Shown here: piece after piece, positions 48,874 through 57,561 of the stretch
How the letters are laid out: the number at the start of each line of letters is the position of its first letter
Position numbering within the stretch: the first letter of the stretch is position 1
Source of the DNA: Phycisphaerales bacterium
GTDB lineage: Bacteria > Planctomycetota > Phycisphaerae > Phycisphaerales > UBA1924
NCBI GenBank assembly: GCA_965227775.1
Contig: OZ245777.1
Location: 2,720,001 to 2,784,000 of the forward strand
DNA: 64,000 bases
Direction: 5' to 3'
Notes under the pieces: generated by a model
What the model was told of the DNA's origin: nothing
Database searches by the model: none
Seen by the model: only the letters and a program-made list of their open reading frames with translations
Made by a program: the position numbers and the translations under genes

Positions 48874-50303
48874 GTGATCCCGCGCCCAAGCCGCACAGCA
48901 ATGATGCCTCGGGAGAGGACTGGGTCGTACGCTGCCACGAGTTGGGCAAGCGGTTCAAGATCTACCAGAATCCGTGGCACCGCGTGGCCGAATGGTGCAC
49001 GCTGAATCGAGCGAACCTGCACCGGGACTTCTGGGCGGTGCGGGGCGTGTCGTTTGAGCTACGCAAGGGCGAGTGCTTGGGCGTCGTCGGCCGCAACGGC
49101 AGCGGCAAGAGCACGCTCCTCAAGCTCGTGACGGGCGTAGCCATTCCAACCGAGGGAACTTCCGCCTTGCGGGGCCGGGTGCTGAGCCTCATCGAGCTCG
49201 GCGCCGGCCTCAACAAGGACCTGACCGGCCGCCAGAACGTGCACAACATGGCCCAGCTGCTGAACTTCCCGCCCGGATTTGCTCGGCAGAAGATGGACGA
49301 GATCGAGGCGTTTGCCGACATCGGAGCCTTTTTCGATCGGCCCGTGCGCAGCTACAGCAGCGGCATGACGGTGCGGGTGACGTTTAGCATGTTCGCGGCG
49401 TTTGAGCCCGAGGTACTTATCGTCGACGAGGCGCTCAGCGTTGGCGATATCTTCTTTGTGCAGAAGTGCACAAAACGTATCCACCAGTTGCTCGACAACG
49501 GCACGACGCTTCTGCTGGTGAGCCATGATGCCGGCGCAATCACGAATCTATGCGACCGGGCCATCTTGCTCGAAGGAGGACGTGTCGCTTTCCATGGCGA
49601 ACCGGGCGATGCGATAGCGCGATACCACGCCGCATTGCGGAAGTCGGGCGGCAAGAAGATCAGCGACAAGTGGGGCCGCGACGATGATGACGAGCGGTTC
49701 CCCAGGCGAGAGCATGCTCCGGACACCACACATGGGGCCGCGCTGGCAAAGCGCGTGCTCGAGCACGATGTGATCGGAGAGGGTGACGAAACGAGCCGAC
49801 GGCATGGGCATGGCGGGCTGGTCATCCTCGCGGCGTCCATCACGGATCAAGATGATCGCCCGGTCACGTCGTTTGGCATTGGGCACACGATGACCATGCG
49901 CGCGCTGGTCGAGGCGAACGAGTACGTCGAATCGCCCCGAGCGGGCGTGTTCTTCACGAACAGGTTTGGCGTGCAAGTGTTCAGCCAGGGCACCGCGCAA
50001 CAGCGCGTCCCCCTGCCTTCGATGGAGCCGGGCGAGCGGACCGTCGTGACGTTCCGCGTCACGCTCGACCTGACGCCCGGCGAGTACACGCTTGGCCTTG
50101 GCGCTAGCGAGGGCACGGATGACGGGAATCCGAACGGCGCCGTATTCCACGACCAGATCGAAGGGCTCGGGCCAATCCGCATCAACCACCCCCCGCTCGA
50201 ACCGATGCCCTTCTTTGGTGTTGCCCGCCTGCCATTGACGATCGAGGCGTCACCGGCAGGTCGTGCCTCGATTGCTTCCGAACCTACTCCTCACGCTCCA
50301 TGA
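48870..50303 (+). CDS. wzt: Polysaccharide ABC transporter ATPase with C-terminal Wzt-C domain
   Basis: FWAVRGVSF, GRNGSGKST, YSSGM, DEALSVGD, VSHD; extended C-terminal beta domain. Confidence 0.9.
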   Translation: MSDPAPKPHSNDASGEDWVVRCHELGKRFKIYQNPWHRVAEWCTLNRANLHRDFWAVRGVSFELRKGECLGVVGRNGSGKSTLLKLVTGVAIPTEGTSALRGRVLSLIELGAGLNKDLTGRQNVHNMAQLLNFPPGFARQKMDEIEAFADIGAFFDRPVRSYSSGMTVRVTFSMFAAFEPEVLIVDEALSVGDIFFVQKCTKRIHQLLDNGTTLLLVSHDAGAITNLCDRAILLEGGRVAFHGEPGDAIARYHAALRKSGGKKISDKWGRDDDDERFPRREHAPDTTHGAALAKRVLEHDVIGEGDETSRRHGHGGLVILAASITDQDDRPVTSFGIGHTMTMRALVEANEYVESPRAGVFFTNRFGVQVFSQGTAQQRVPLPSMEPGERTVVTFRVTLDLTPGEYTLGLGASEGTDDGNPNGAVFHDQIEGLGPIRINHPPLEPMPFFGVARLPLTIEASPAGRASIASEPTPHAP

Positions 50304-52261
50304 CCAGCAAAGACGTTTCCCCAAAGTCTGCTCCGATCATCGTGCTGGGCGTGCCCAGAAGCGGGACGACACTGCTGCGGACGCTACTCGATGCGCATCC
50401 CAATGTCGCTTGCGGCCCGGAGACGCCGTGGCTGGCAGAGCATCAACCGGCGACGTTGCTCGGGCTCGTTCGTTCGATGTGCGAACCCGAGTATGGCTAC
50501 TGCCAGAGCTTCGGTCAGCCGCCCGGGGTCGTGCACCAAGCGGCTCGGCGATTTCTCGACGAGGTCATGCTGGCGTATGCACGCGCCCGGGGCAAGCGGC
50601 GATGGGCCGAGAAGACGCCCAACAACGTCTTGCACCTTGACGCGCTGAGCGAACTGCTGCCCGACGCCAAGTGGGTCTGGATCACGCGGGACGCGCTCGA
50701 CGTGGCACAGAGCACATCTACGGTCGCCGAGCATCGCAAGGGCATTGCCCCTGTGTACGAGCGAAGCCTTCGGCTCACTCGCGATCTCCAAGCGCGGAAC
50801 ACGCCCCTTGCAGCCACGCTGCGGTGGGTGAACTGGAATCGACGGATCGCGTCGTTTCTGAGTGATCGGTCCTTCCATCATCTGACCTACGAGCGTTTGG
50901 TCTGCGCCCCGGAAGCCGAGATGCGGCGGCTGTGCGAGTTCATCGAAGAGCCGTTCGATCTCGGCATGCTGGCGTATGACACGACACGCCACGATCTGCC
51001 GAAGTGGGAATGGGGCAGCACCGACGTGAGCCAGCACGGCAAGGTCGTGACTGGGCGCATCGGCACGGGCATGGAACATCTCGATGAGCCGTTGCGCGAT
51101 GGCCTCGCGGCGGTCGCATCGCTCTGGAGCCCGCCTGATCGGCCGGGCCCCATTGGTGTCAGGCCCGGTCTTGCTCCATCGGCCATGACCGCCAAACTCG
51201 TGGGCGAACAGGCGGATGCCCTCGTGCCCATGGCGTCGGCAAGGACGAGCGAGGTGTGCGCGCGACTCGGGGAGGCAATCGTCCGGGCCGCCGCAGGTGG
51301 ATCAGCCGGGCAACCCGAGACGATGCCGGCATCCTTGGCGCCTGCCGCGATCGCTCTGGCGTACGCGGGCGTACCGAGCGCTGTCGTGCCTGCCGGTGAC
51401 GAACACCGGGAGGTGCTTGAGAAGCAAGCTTCGCGTTGGGGTATCTCAGATATGCTCTCTTTTAGCGACACGCCAGATTCGTATTCCACACGTGAGCACC
51501 CAACGCTGCAATCGGGCGATCCGACCGGGGTGCGTATCCCGGTACCCGCGACGACTGCGGTGCTGGCCAGCCTCGAGGAGCTACGCAGCGAGCCGTTCAC
51601 GTCGTTTATGGCCCAGCTCAATACCTTCGCGAAGCTGCACGGCCTGCGCGAGTTCGATTCGTGGTCGAAGATCTGGGAGTATCCGTGGCTCTGGTACAAC
51701 GGCATTGAGCCCCTTCCGATAGCGGGATTGCGTGTCATTGACATGGGGAGCGAGCTAAGCCCGATGCCATGGTGGCTGGCAACGATGGGCGCCCGCGTAA
51801 CCCTCGTCGAGACCTCTCGGGGTATGGAAGGGCTGTGGGCAAAACTCCGCGACACGCTCAACGTGCAGGTCGATTGGGTCTTCACCGACGACGAGACGAT
51901 CCCAGCCCCCGACGGCCAGGCCCACCTGCTGACGAGCCTGAGCGTGATTGAGCATCAGCCGGACAAGAAGAAGGCGATGGACGAGATCGCTCGCGTGCTG
52001 TGCCCGGGGGGCGTCCTGGCCCTGAGCTTCGATATCTGCGAAGCCGATATGGGCATGGCGTTCCCCGAATGGAACGGCCGAGCACTCACCATGGCCGAAT
52101 TCGAGCGTGATCTGTGGCGTCACCCCGCGTTTGCCTCGGCACGCCCTTCCGGGGACATCGCCTGGAACACGCAGGACATTGGCCCCTACTTCGAGTGGCA
52201 TAAGTCAACGGCCGCGCATCACACGTATGTGACAGGCGCGGCCGTAATGCGTCGGGACTGA
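50300..52261 (+). CDS. Sulfotransferase - SAM methyltransferase fusion
   Basis: GVPRSGTT (PAPS loop), WAEKTP, YERLV.PE; C-terminal WEYPW, VIDMGS, SVIEH, EIARVLCPGG. Confidence 0.82.
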   Translation: MTSKDVSPKSAPIIVLGVPRSGTTLLRTLLDAHPNVACGPETPWLAEHQPATLLGLVRSMCEPEYGYCQSFGQPPGVVHQAARRFLDEVMLAYARARGKRRWAEKTPNNVLHLDALSELLPDAKWVWITRDALDVAQSTSTVAEHRKGIAPVYERSLRLTRDLQARNTPLAATLRWVNWNRRIASFLSDRSFHHLTYERLVCAPEAEMRRLCEFIEEPFDLGMLAYDTTRHDLPKWEWGSTDVSQHGKVVTGRIGTGMEHLDEPLRDGLAAVASLWSPPDRPGPIGVRPGLAPSAMTAKLVGEQADALVPMASARTSEVCARLGEAIVRAAAGGSAGQPETMPASLAPAAIALAYAGVPSAVVPAGDEHREVLEKQASRWGISDMLSFSDTPDSYSTREHPTLQSGDPTGVRIPVPATTAVLASLEELRSEPFTSFMAQLNTFAKLHGLREFDSWSKIWEYPWLWYNGIEPLPIAGLRVIDMGSELSPMPWWLATMGARVTLVETSRGMEGLWAKLRDTLNVQVDWVFTDDETIPAPDGQAHLLTSLSVIEHQPDKKKAMDEIARVLCPGGVLALSFDICEADMGMAFPEWNGRALTMAEFERDLWRHPAFASARPSGDIAWNTQDIGPYFEWHKSTAAHHTYVTGAAVMRRD

Positions 52262-52297
52262 CGCAGTCGTCTTGTCAAGCGTTCACGATCTGTCGTG

Positions 52298-53221
52298 CTA
52301 CTCGCAGCCCGCGTCGAACGCGTTCTGGAAGCACAGGAAATCGAAGATGGTCAGCGATCCATCGCCATCGCAATCGGCGGCAAGATCGCTGGCATCGAAG
52401 GCGTTCTGGAATGCGAGAAAGTCGAAGATCGTGAGTTCGCCGTCGCCATCGAAGTCGGCGTAGCACGGCGCTTCACCGCCGAGGAACGCGATGCTGCGAA
52501 ACGTGGGGCTGGAGAACGCGAGCGTCGCGGCACCGGTTGCCTGATCGATCGTGAACACACCACCACCCTGCTCGCGTGCGCCGTACAGCTCGCCTGCGGC
52601 GTTGAAGGACAAGTCGTTAAACCAGTTCCGTGTGCCCGGGAAGGCGTTGCCAACGAACGTGGCGTCCCCTGTGCTCAGGTCGATCATAAAGATCGATGCG
52701 TCGCCGATATCGCTGCCCCACGCCTGTCCGTTGGCGTCAATGGCAAACCCGGTGAGCTGATCGAGGTTCGTCCCACTGATGTTCCCGACGAGGCTCACCA
52801 CCCCGGTTGCGCGATCGGTCGTGTACAGCGCGTTGTCGCGGGCGGTATAGAGCGTGTCCGCGACGGGGTCGTACGCGACCGAGCGGAAGTTCCAATTCTC
52901 ACCCGTATCGCCGATGACCGAGCCTGCCGCGGTACCGGGATCGATCGTGAAGAGGCGATCGCTCAGGCCATCATTGAAACCGTCGATCATGAACAGGTCG
53001 CCGTTGTCGTCGAAGTCCATGCCGCTGAAGATGGCCTCGGCTCCGCTTACGAATGCCGAGCTGATCTCACCGCCAGTCGCGGGATCCAGCTCGGCGAAGA
53101 TGGGCGATGTTGGGTTGCGCAGGGCATAGAGCTGCTCTTGGGCGAGCGCCGTGGACCCGACGGTGAGCCCGAGAACGGTCGGAACGGCAAACCGGGCGAC
53201 GTTGTTTGAACGGTGCTTCAT
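52298..53221 (-). CDS. Secreted beta-repeat protein with GC-type dockerin-like tail
   Basis: Signal peptide; repeated xIDxxTG units; CYADFDGDGELTIFDFLAFQNAF...GCE. Confidence 0.82.
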   Translation of the reverse strand: MKHRSNNVARFAVPTVLGLTVGSTALAQEQLYALRNPTSPIFAELDPATGGEISSAFVSGAEAIFSGMDFDDNGDLFMIDGFNDGLSDRLFTIDPGTAAGSVIGDTGENWNFRSVAYDPVADTLYTARDNALYTTDRATGVVSLVGNISGTNLDQLTGFAIDANGQAWGSDIGDASIFMIDLSTGDATFVGNAFPGTRNWFNDLSFNAAGELYGAREQGGGVFTIDQATGAATLAFSSPTFRSIAFLGGEAPCYADFDGDGELTIFDFLAFQNAFDASDLAADCDGDGSLTIFDFLCFQNAFDAGCE

Positions 53222-53335
53222 CGTCTGTTTCTCCTCAGCGGTGTCTCTCTACTCAGCCCCTGTTCGCCGCGTACGCGCCAAGTGGGCCTGTCGTTACCGG
53301 CAACTCCTTGGCGTTCAGGCCGTACCATGGGATGC

Positions 53336-55027
53336 ATGTCCTTCATGACTCCCATCCGGCATTGCATCGCGTTCGCCGCAGGCTCCTTCGTGCTCTGTGT
53401 CGGGTGCGCTACCCCCACGCCGCGACCGGTGTTTGTGGAGTCGCCCGTTCCGCTCATCGCGGGTGGCCCCCTCGTGACGCCCGTGGCAGTCGGCACGACG
53501 GATTGGGTCGATGGCCGAGCCGAACCCCCACCACTGCGTCTGGGCGATGGCCAGCAGATCAGCATTCGCGCGCATGCGTTCGCTCGACAGCAGTCGGGTG
53601 AGCCAGGCTGGCTCGGTGCGGCTTCCGCATGGCGACGCACGAGTTCGGGTATGGAAGATGCGCAGGTGCTCGTGCAAGCGCCGATTCCGGCGGATGGTCT
53701 TGGGCAATCGGTCTGGATGGAGGGGCGCCGTGTGCCGGCTTTTTGGCTCGTCCCGGATGTCGCCGGCCAGTCGGCCGTGTCGCCATCGCCGATCGATGTC
53801 GATCTAACTTTGGAACAAGCGATCGTATTGGTAGCGAATGAGCTCAGCGATCCTCGCATTCGGTGGCGGGCCGAACTCGCTCTGCGGCGCATCGGACACG
53901 AAGCACCGCCGGCCCGTTGGGACGACCCGGTGCTGGAGTCGTGGGCTGAGCAATCGGCCGAGCGGTGGGCGACTGCGATGCGACGCCTGGGCGACATTGA
54001 TGAAAGCCTTGCGCAACGGCTTGCCGATGCGCTAACGCGCTGGCTCGCCGCGCCCGAGACTGTCGTCCCGGTCTGGCCGATCGACGCCGAGGCCATCCAG
54101 AGCCTGATCATCGCGATCCTGCGGCCGGGCGCGAGCGATGAGAGCATCAAACGGACGGTTGCGGCATTCCTCGAGCGACAGCCGCAGTGGCTGGCGTGGG
54201 TGGCCAACGACGCTGGCGGTGTTGTCGGGGGTGCGATCGCGGTCGTGAACCTGATGCCATCGGCGGCGTTGCTCTCGACGCGCGCGCCGGGCGGACGCTG
54301 GGAGGCATACGGACTGCTCGAGCCCGGCTCGATCGCGCTGGTTCCAGCGCCGCCTCGGCGAGACGCTCCGACTGTCGCGTCGGCTTGGCAGGTTCGCCTT
54401 GGCGGCCGCACGAAGACGCTGCAGGTTTCGGCGGACGCGGTCCCGCTCGAGCCACCGGGACTCGCGATCGGTCCGTTTTGGAACGATTGGACGCTCGAGG
54501 GGCTACTTACGGGCACGGCAACGTCGTCCTCTCCCGGTCAGCCCGGCTGGGTGGGCGGCTTGGTGCAACGCGACACGCGGCTCGACGCGCCCGGGTCGTC
54601 AGACAGCGGCTGGGTCCTCTATGTCGAGGTCCGCAGCCCGCCGTGCGAACTGCCAACCTCTGGCGGTGGTTCCCGAGAGCTCGACGCGATGCGACTTGCG
54701 TTTGGACCATCGAATCGACCCCATGCAGAAGTCGTGGTTCGTTGCTCTGGGCTTACAACTTTCGAGAAGGGCGCGGGTCAGCTAGCGATGCTGACCACCG
54801 ACACCGATCGCTGGGCATTCACGCTGCCGATCGATCGATCTTGGCTCGAGTCCGATGGCACGATCCTGCTTGGCGCGCAGTACGTGCCACACGACGGGCC
54901 GCGTGGGACATGGCCCAGGCCCTTGCTTCCTGGGCAAGAGTCGATCGGTCGAGTACGGGTCGATCCATCGGCGTGGGATCTCCGCACGGATTTGGCACAG
55001 CAAGCTCGCGAGACGCGTCTTCCCTAA
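53336..55027 (+). CDS. Hypothetical (lipo)protein
   Basis: Long ORF; lipobox-like VLCVGC; start chosen after TACCAT-N7. Confidence 0.65.
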   Translation: MSFMTPIRHCIAFAAGSFVLCVGCATPTPRPVFVESPVPLIAGGPLVTPVAVGTTDWVDGRAEPPPLRLGDGQQISIRAHAFARQQSGEPGWLGAASAWRRTSSGMEDAQVLVQAPIPADGLGQSVWMEGRRVPAFWLVPDVAGQSAVSPSPIDVDLTLEQAIVLVANELSDPRIRWRAELALRRIGHEAPPARWDDPVLESWAEQSAERWATAMRRLGDIDESLAQRLADALTRWLAAPETVVPVWPIDAEAIQSLIIAILRPGASDESIKRTVAAFLERQPQWLAWVANDAGGVVGGAIAVVNLMPSAALLSTRAPGGRWEAYGLLEPGSIALVPAPPRRDAPTVASAWQVRLGGRTKTLQVSADAVPLEPPGLAIGPFWNDWTLEGLLTGTATSSSPGQPGWVGGLVQRDTRLDAPGSSDSGWVLYVEVRSPPCELPTSGGGSRELDAMRLAFGPSNRPHAEVVVRCSGLTTFEKGAGQLAMLTTDTDRWAFTLPIDRSWLESDGTILLGAQYVPHDGPRGTWPRPLLPGQESIGRVRVDPSAWDLRTDLAQQARETRLP

Positions 55028-56826
55028 CGAGCGATCGGCAGCCGCAGCGTGAAGCTGGCACCGATGTTGGTCTCGTCGAGCTCAAGCGATCCACCGAGTT
55101 GCTTGGCGAGCCCGCGTCCGAGCGCCAGGCCAAGGCCAAGACCGTTCTCACGCAACTCGTCCCGCTGGGCCCGATGGAACGGCTCGAAGATTCGTCTTCG
55201 CTCGCGATCGGGGACGCCCGGCCCCCAATCACGGACCGTGATCGCGGCCATGCCGTCGGCCTGCCGAGCACTGATGCAAAGCTCTGCTCGTTCATTCGGG
55301 TGTGCATACTTGCAGGCATTCTCGACGAGATTACCCAGGATGCGGATGGCGGCATCACCATCCGCGTCGATGCGGGCACCCACCGTGCTGTCATCGATGT
55401 CCCGCTGTACGTCAAGCGCTGCCTGCTGCAACGAGGCCGCCTGCTCGTGCAATGCTCGGTCGATGAGCGCTCCGATCGTGATCTGATCGGCCTCCCCATC
55501 TCCATTCGGCCTGCCAAGCCTCGCGTAGGCAAGAACGTTCTCGATAATGCGCGCCAGGCGCGCGGACTCCTCTCGAAGGGTGGTGACGAACTTGGTACGA
55601 CGAGACTCGTCCGATGCCGCGTCGCTTGCCAGGAGATCGGCGTAGAGGCGCACGCTTGTCATCGGTGTACGCAGCTCGTGCGTGACGGCCGATACGAATC
55701 GACCCCGGCGTTCGGCGAGGCTGGTCGCCAGCCGCAAGACGATGCCGATAGCCATAACTGCCAGCAACGCGGCCGCCCACGTGAGGAGTAGGACAATGCC
55801 GAGGGGCGACGCGAGCTCGCCGAGTACGTTTCCATGCTCGGGCACCTTGATAGCGGCGGGAATGACCGCGAGCGACCTCGAAGCGCTCGAACCGGGGCGG
55901 AGTTCGGCGCCCGGCGTCACACCTTCGACCTGTGCGAGCAGCCATCCACGGAGCGACGGCCAGTCGAGCCAGACGCCCTGCCGAAGCGTTGTCTCGCCCA
56001 CGATCACGTCTCGCATGAGCACGAGCTCTTCGCCCGCCAGCCACATCGCCGAGAGCGGGCCGAGCGTCACTTCTGGCTGATCGATGACGGTCTTCGTTGC
56101 CGGTGCGCGCCGTGCGCGAGAGGCGGGCACGGGGGTGTTGCGCTGGTTCTCGAGCTCGGCGGCGGGCTCCTGCTGTACCGGCGACCCATGGGCGGACTCG
56201 CTCTGGAGCTGGCTCCGCATGTCTGCTCGCGCTTGCTCGGTGCGGGCTGGAGATTCAGCGAGCTGGGCGGCGGCGGCGGTCTCCTGGCGGGCGAGCTGAT
56301 CTTCATCGATGATGTCTTGCGGGGTCGTCCCAAGCGTCACCCGTTCTGGCGGCTGATTGGGCAGCAACTCCGCGAGCATGAGGCGCAATGCCTCGGCGGC
56401 GATGACATCATCGGCGGCAACGTATTCCGACTCGGCGAGATCTCGCAGGTTGCCATCGGGTGCCTGTGGGCTGGTGACCTGTCCATCGGGCCCCACCTCG
56501 AAGTGCAATCGAACGAAGGGCGGCACGCGCGTCAGCAGGGGGCTGGGCACCAGGACCTCACCGGGCTCGACGGGCCCGAGCATGGCGCTGTACGCGCGCT
56601 CGGCGGGATGAAACGCCCGGTAGTGAAAGTAGGGCCTGGCGCTCTCGGCGGCGAGCACGGCCGTGAGCGCGCTATCGATTCGCCAGAGCGCGAGCCGGGC
56701 GGCCTCGTCCTGTCGTTGCTGACGCTGCAGATCCAACGCCTTGTAACCGGCGTAGCCAAGCCCCTCGAGCACCGCCAGGGCGCACACGACGTAGATGATC
56801 CACGGGATGACTCGCTTCGTGCGCAA
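55024..56826 (-). CDS. Sensor histidine kinase
   Basis: Two TMs; FVSAVTHELRTP, NLVENACKY, DWGPG, GLGLGL. Confidence 0.9.
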   Translation of the reverse strand: MRTKRVIPWIIYVVCALAVLEGLGYAGYKALDLQRQQRQDEAARLALWRIDSALTAVLAAESARPYFHYRAFHPAERAYSAMLGPVEPGEVLVPSPLLTRVPPFVRLHFEVGPDGQVTSPQAPDGNLRDLAESEYVAADDVIAAEALRLMLAELLPNQPPERVTLGTTPQDIIDEDQLARQETAAAAQLAESPARTEQARADMRSQLQSESAHGSPVQQEPAAELENQRNTPVPASRARRAPATKTVIDQPEVTLGPLSAMWLAGEELVLMRDVIVGETTLRQGVWLDWPSLRGWLLAQVEGVTPGAELRPGSSASRSLAVIPAAIKVPEHGNVLGELASPLGIVLLLTWAAALLAVMAIGIVLRLATSLAERRGRFVSAVTHELRTPMTSVRLYADLLASDAASDESRRTKFVTTLREESARLARIIENVLAYARLGRPNGDGEADQITIGALIDRALHEQAASLQQAALDVQRDIDDSTVGARIDADGDAAIRILGNLVENACKYAHPNERAELCISARQADGMAAITVRDWGPGVPDRERRRIFEPFHRAQRDELRENGLGLGLALGRGLAKQLGGSLELDETNIGASFTLRLPIAR

Positions 56827-57561
56827 CTAGCCGGCGGCCTCTTCCCTCATGCTATCCGTCGCTGCGACGGCTCCGGCGAGCATGTATCCCTTGCCGCGCA
56901 CGGTCACGATGAACCTCGGATCGCTCGGATCATCACCGAGCTGCTCGCGTAATCGTGCGACGGCCATGTCGACGGTGCGTGTCCGCATGCCACGGGGATC
57001 GAGCCCCCACACACGACTGAGGAGTTCGTCGCGCGAGATCGCACGCCCCGGGCTACCGGCAAGGTAGCTCAGCAGCGCGGCTTCCTTCTCGGTGATCTGG
57101 AGCGGCCGCTGGCCATCACGTACGAGTTCGCGGCGGGCGAGGTTGATCGTGAGGCCATCAAGCGTGATCGACTCGACCGACATTGGGCGCTCGGGGCTGC
57201 GGCGCAGCACCGCCTCGATGCGCGCGACGAGTTCCTCGGTACCGAAAGGCTTGACGACGTAGTCGTCAGCGCCGCCGCGCAGGCCCTTCACGCGTTCGTC
57301 GCTCTCGCCTCTGGCGGTGAGGAAGATGACCGGAAGGCCGGGCCTGGACCGACGAAGCTCGGCGAGCACGGCATGCCCGTCCATCCTCGGCATTCGAACA
57401 TCGAGCAGGACGAGGTCGAAGGCCTCACCCAATGCGCGGGAGAGGCCCTCCTGGCCGTCCTTGGCCGACTCGGAGTCGTAGCCGAACGCATCGAGGGCGT
57501 CGGCAACAGCCTTTCGCACGCCGGCGTCGTCCTCGACGATGAGCACGCGGGCACGGGCCAT
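56827..57561 (-). CDS. OmpR-family response regulator
   Basis: VEDD, LLDVRMP, FLTA, GADDYVVKPF, TRTVDM, TVRGKGY. Confidence 0.93.
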   Translation of the reverse strand: MARARVLIVEDDAGVRKAVADALDAFGYDSESAKDGQEGLSRALGEAFDLVLLDVRMPRMDGHAVLAELRRSRPGLPVIFLTARGESDERVKGLRGGADDYVVKPFGTEELVARIEAVLRRSPERPMSVESITLDGLTINLARRELVRDGQRPLQITEKEAALLSYLAGSPGRAISRDELLSRVWGLDPRGMRTRTVDMAVARLREQLGDDPSDPRFIVTVRGKGYMLAGAVAATDSMREEAAG

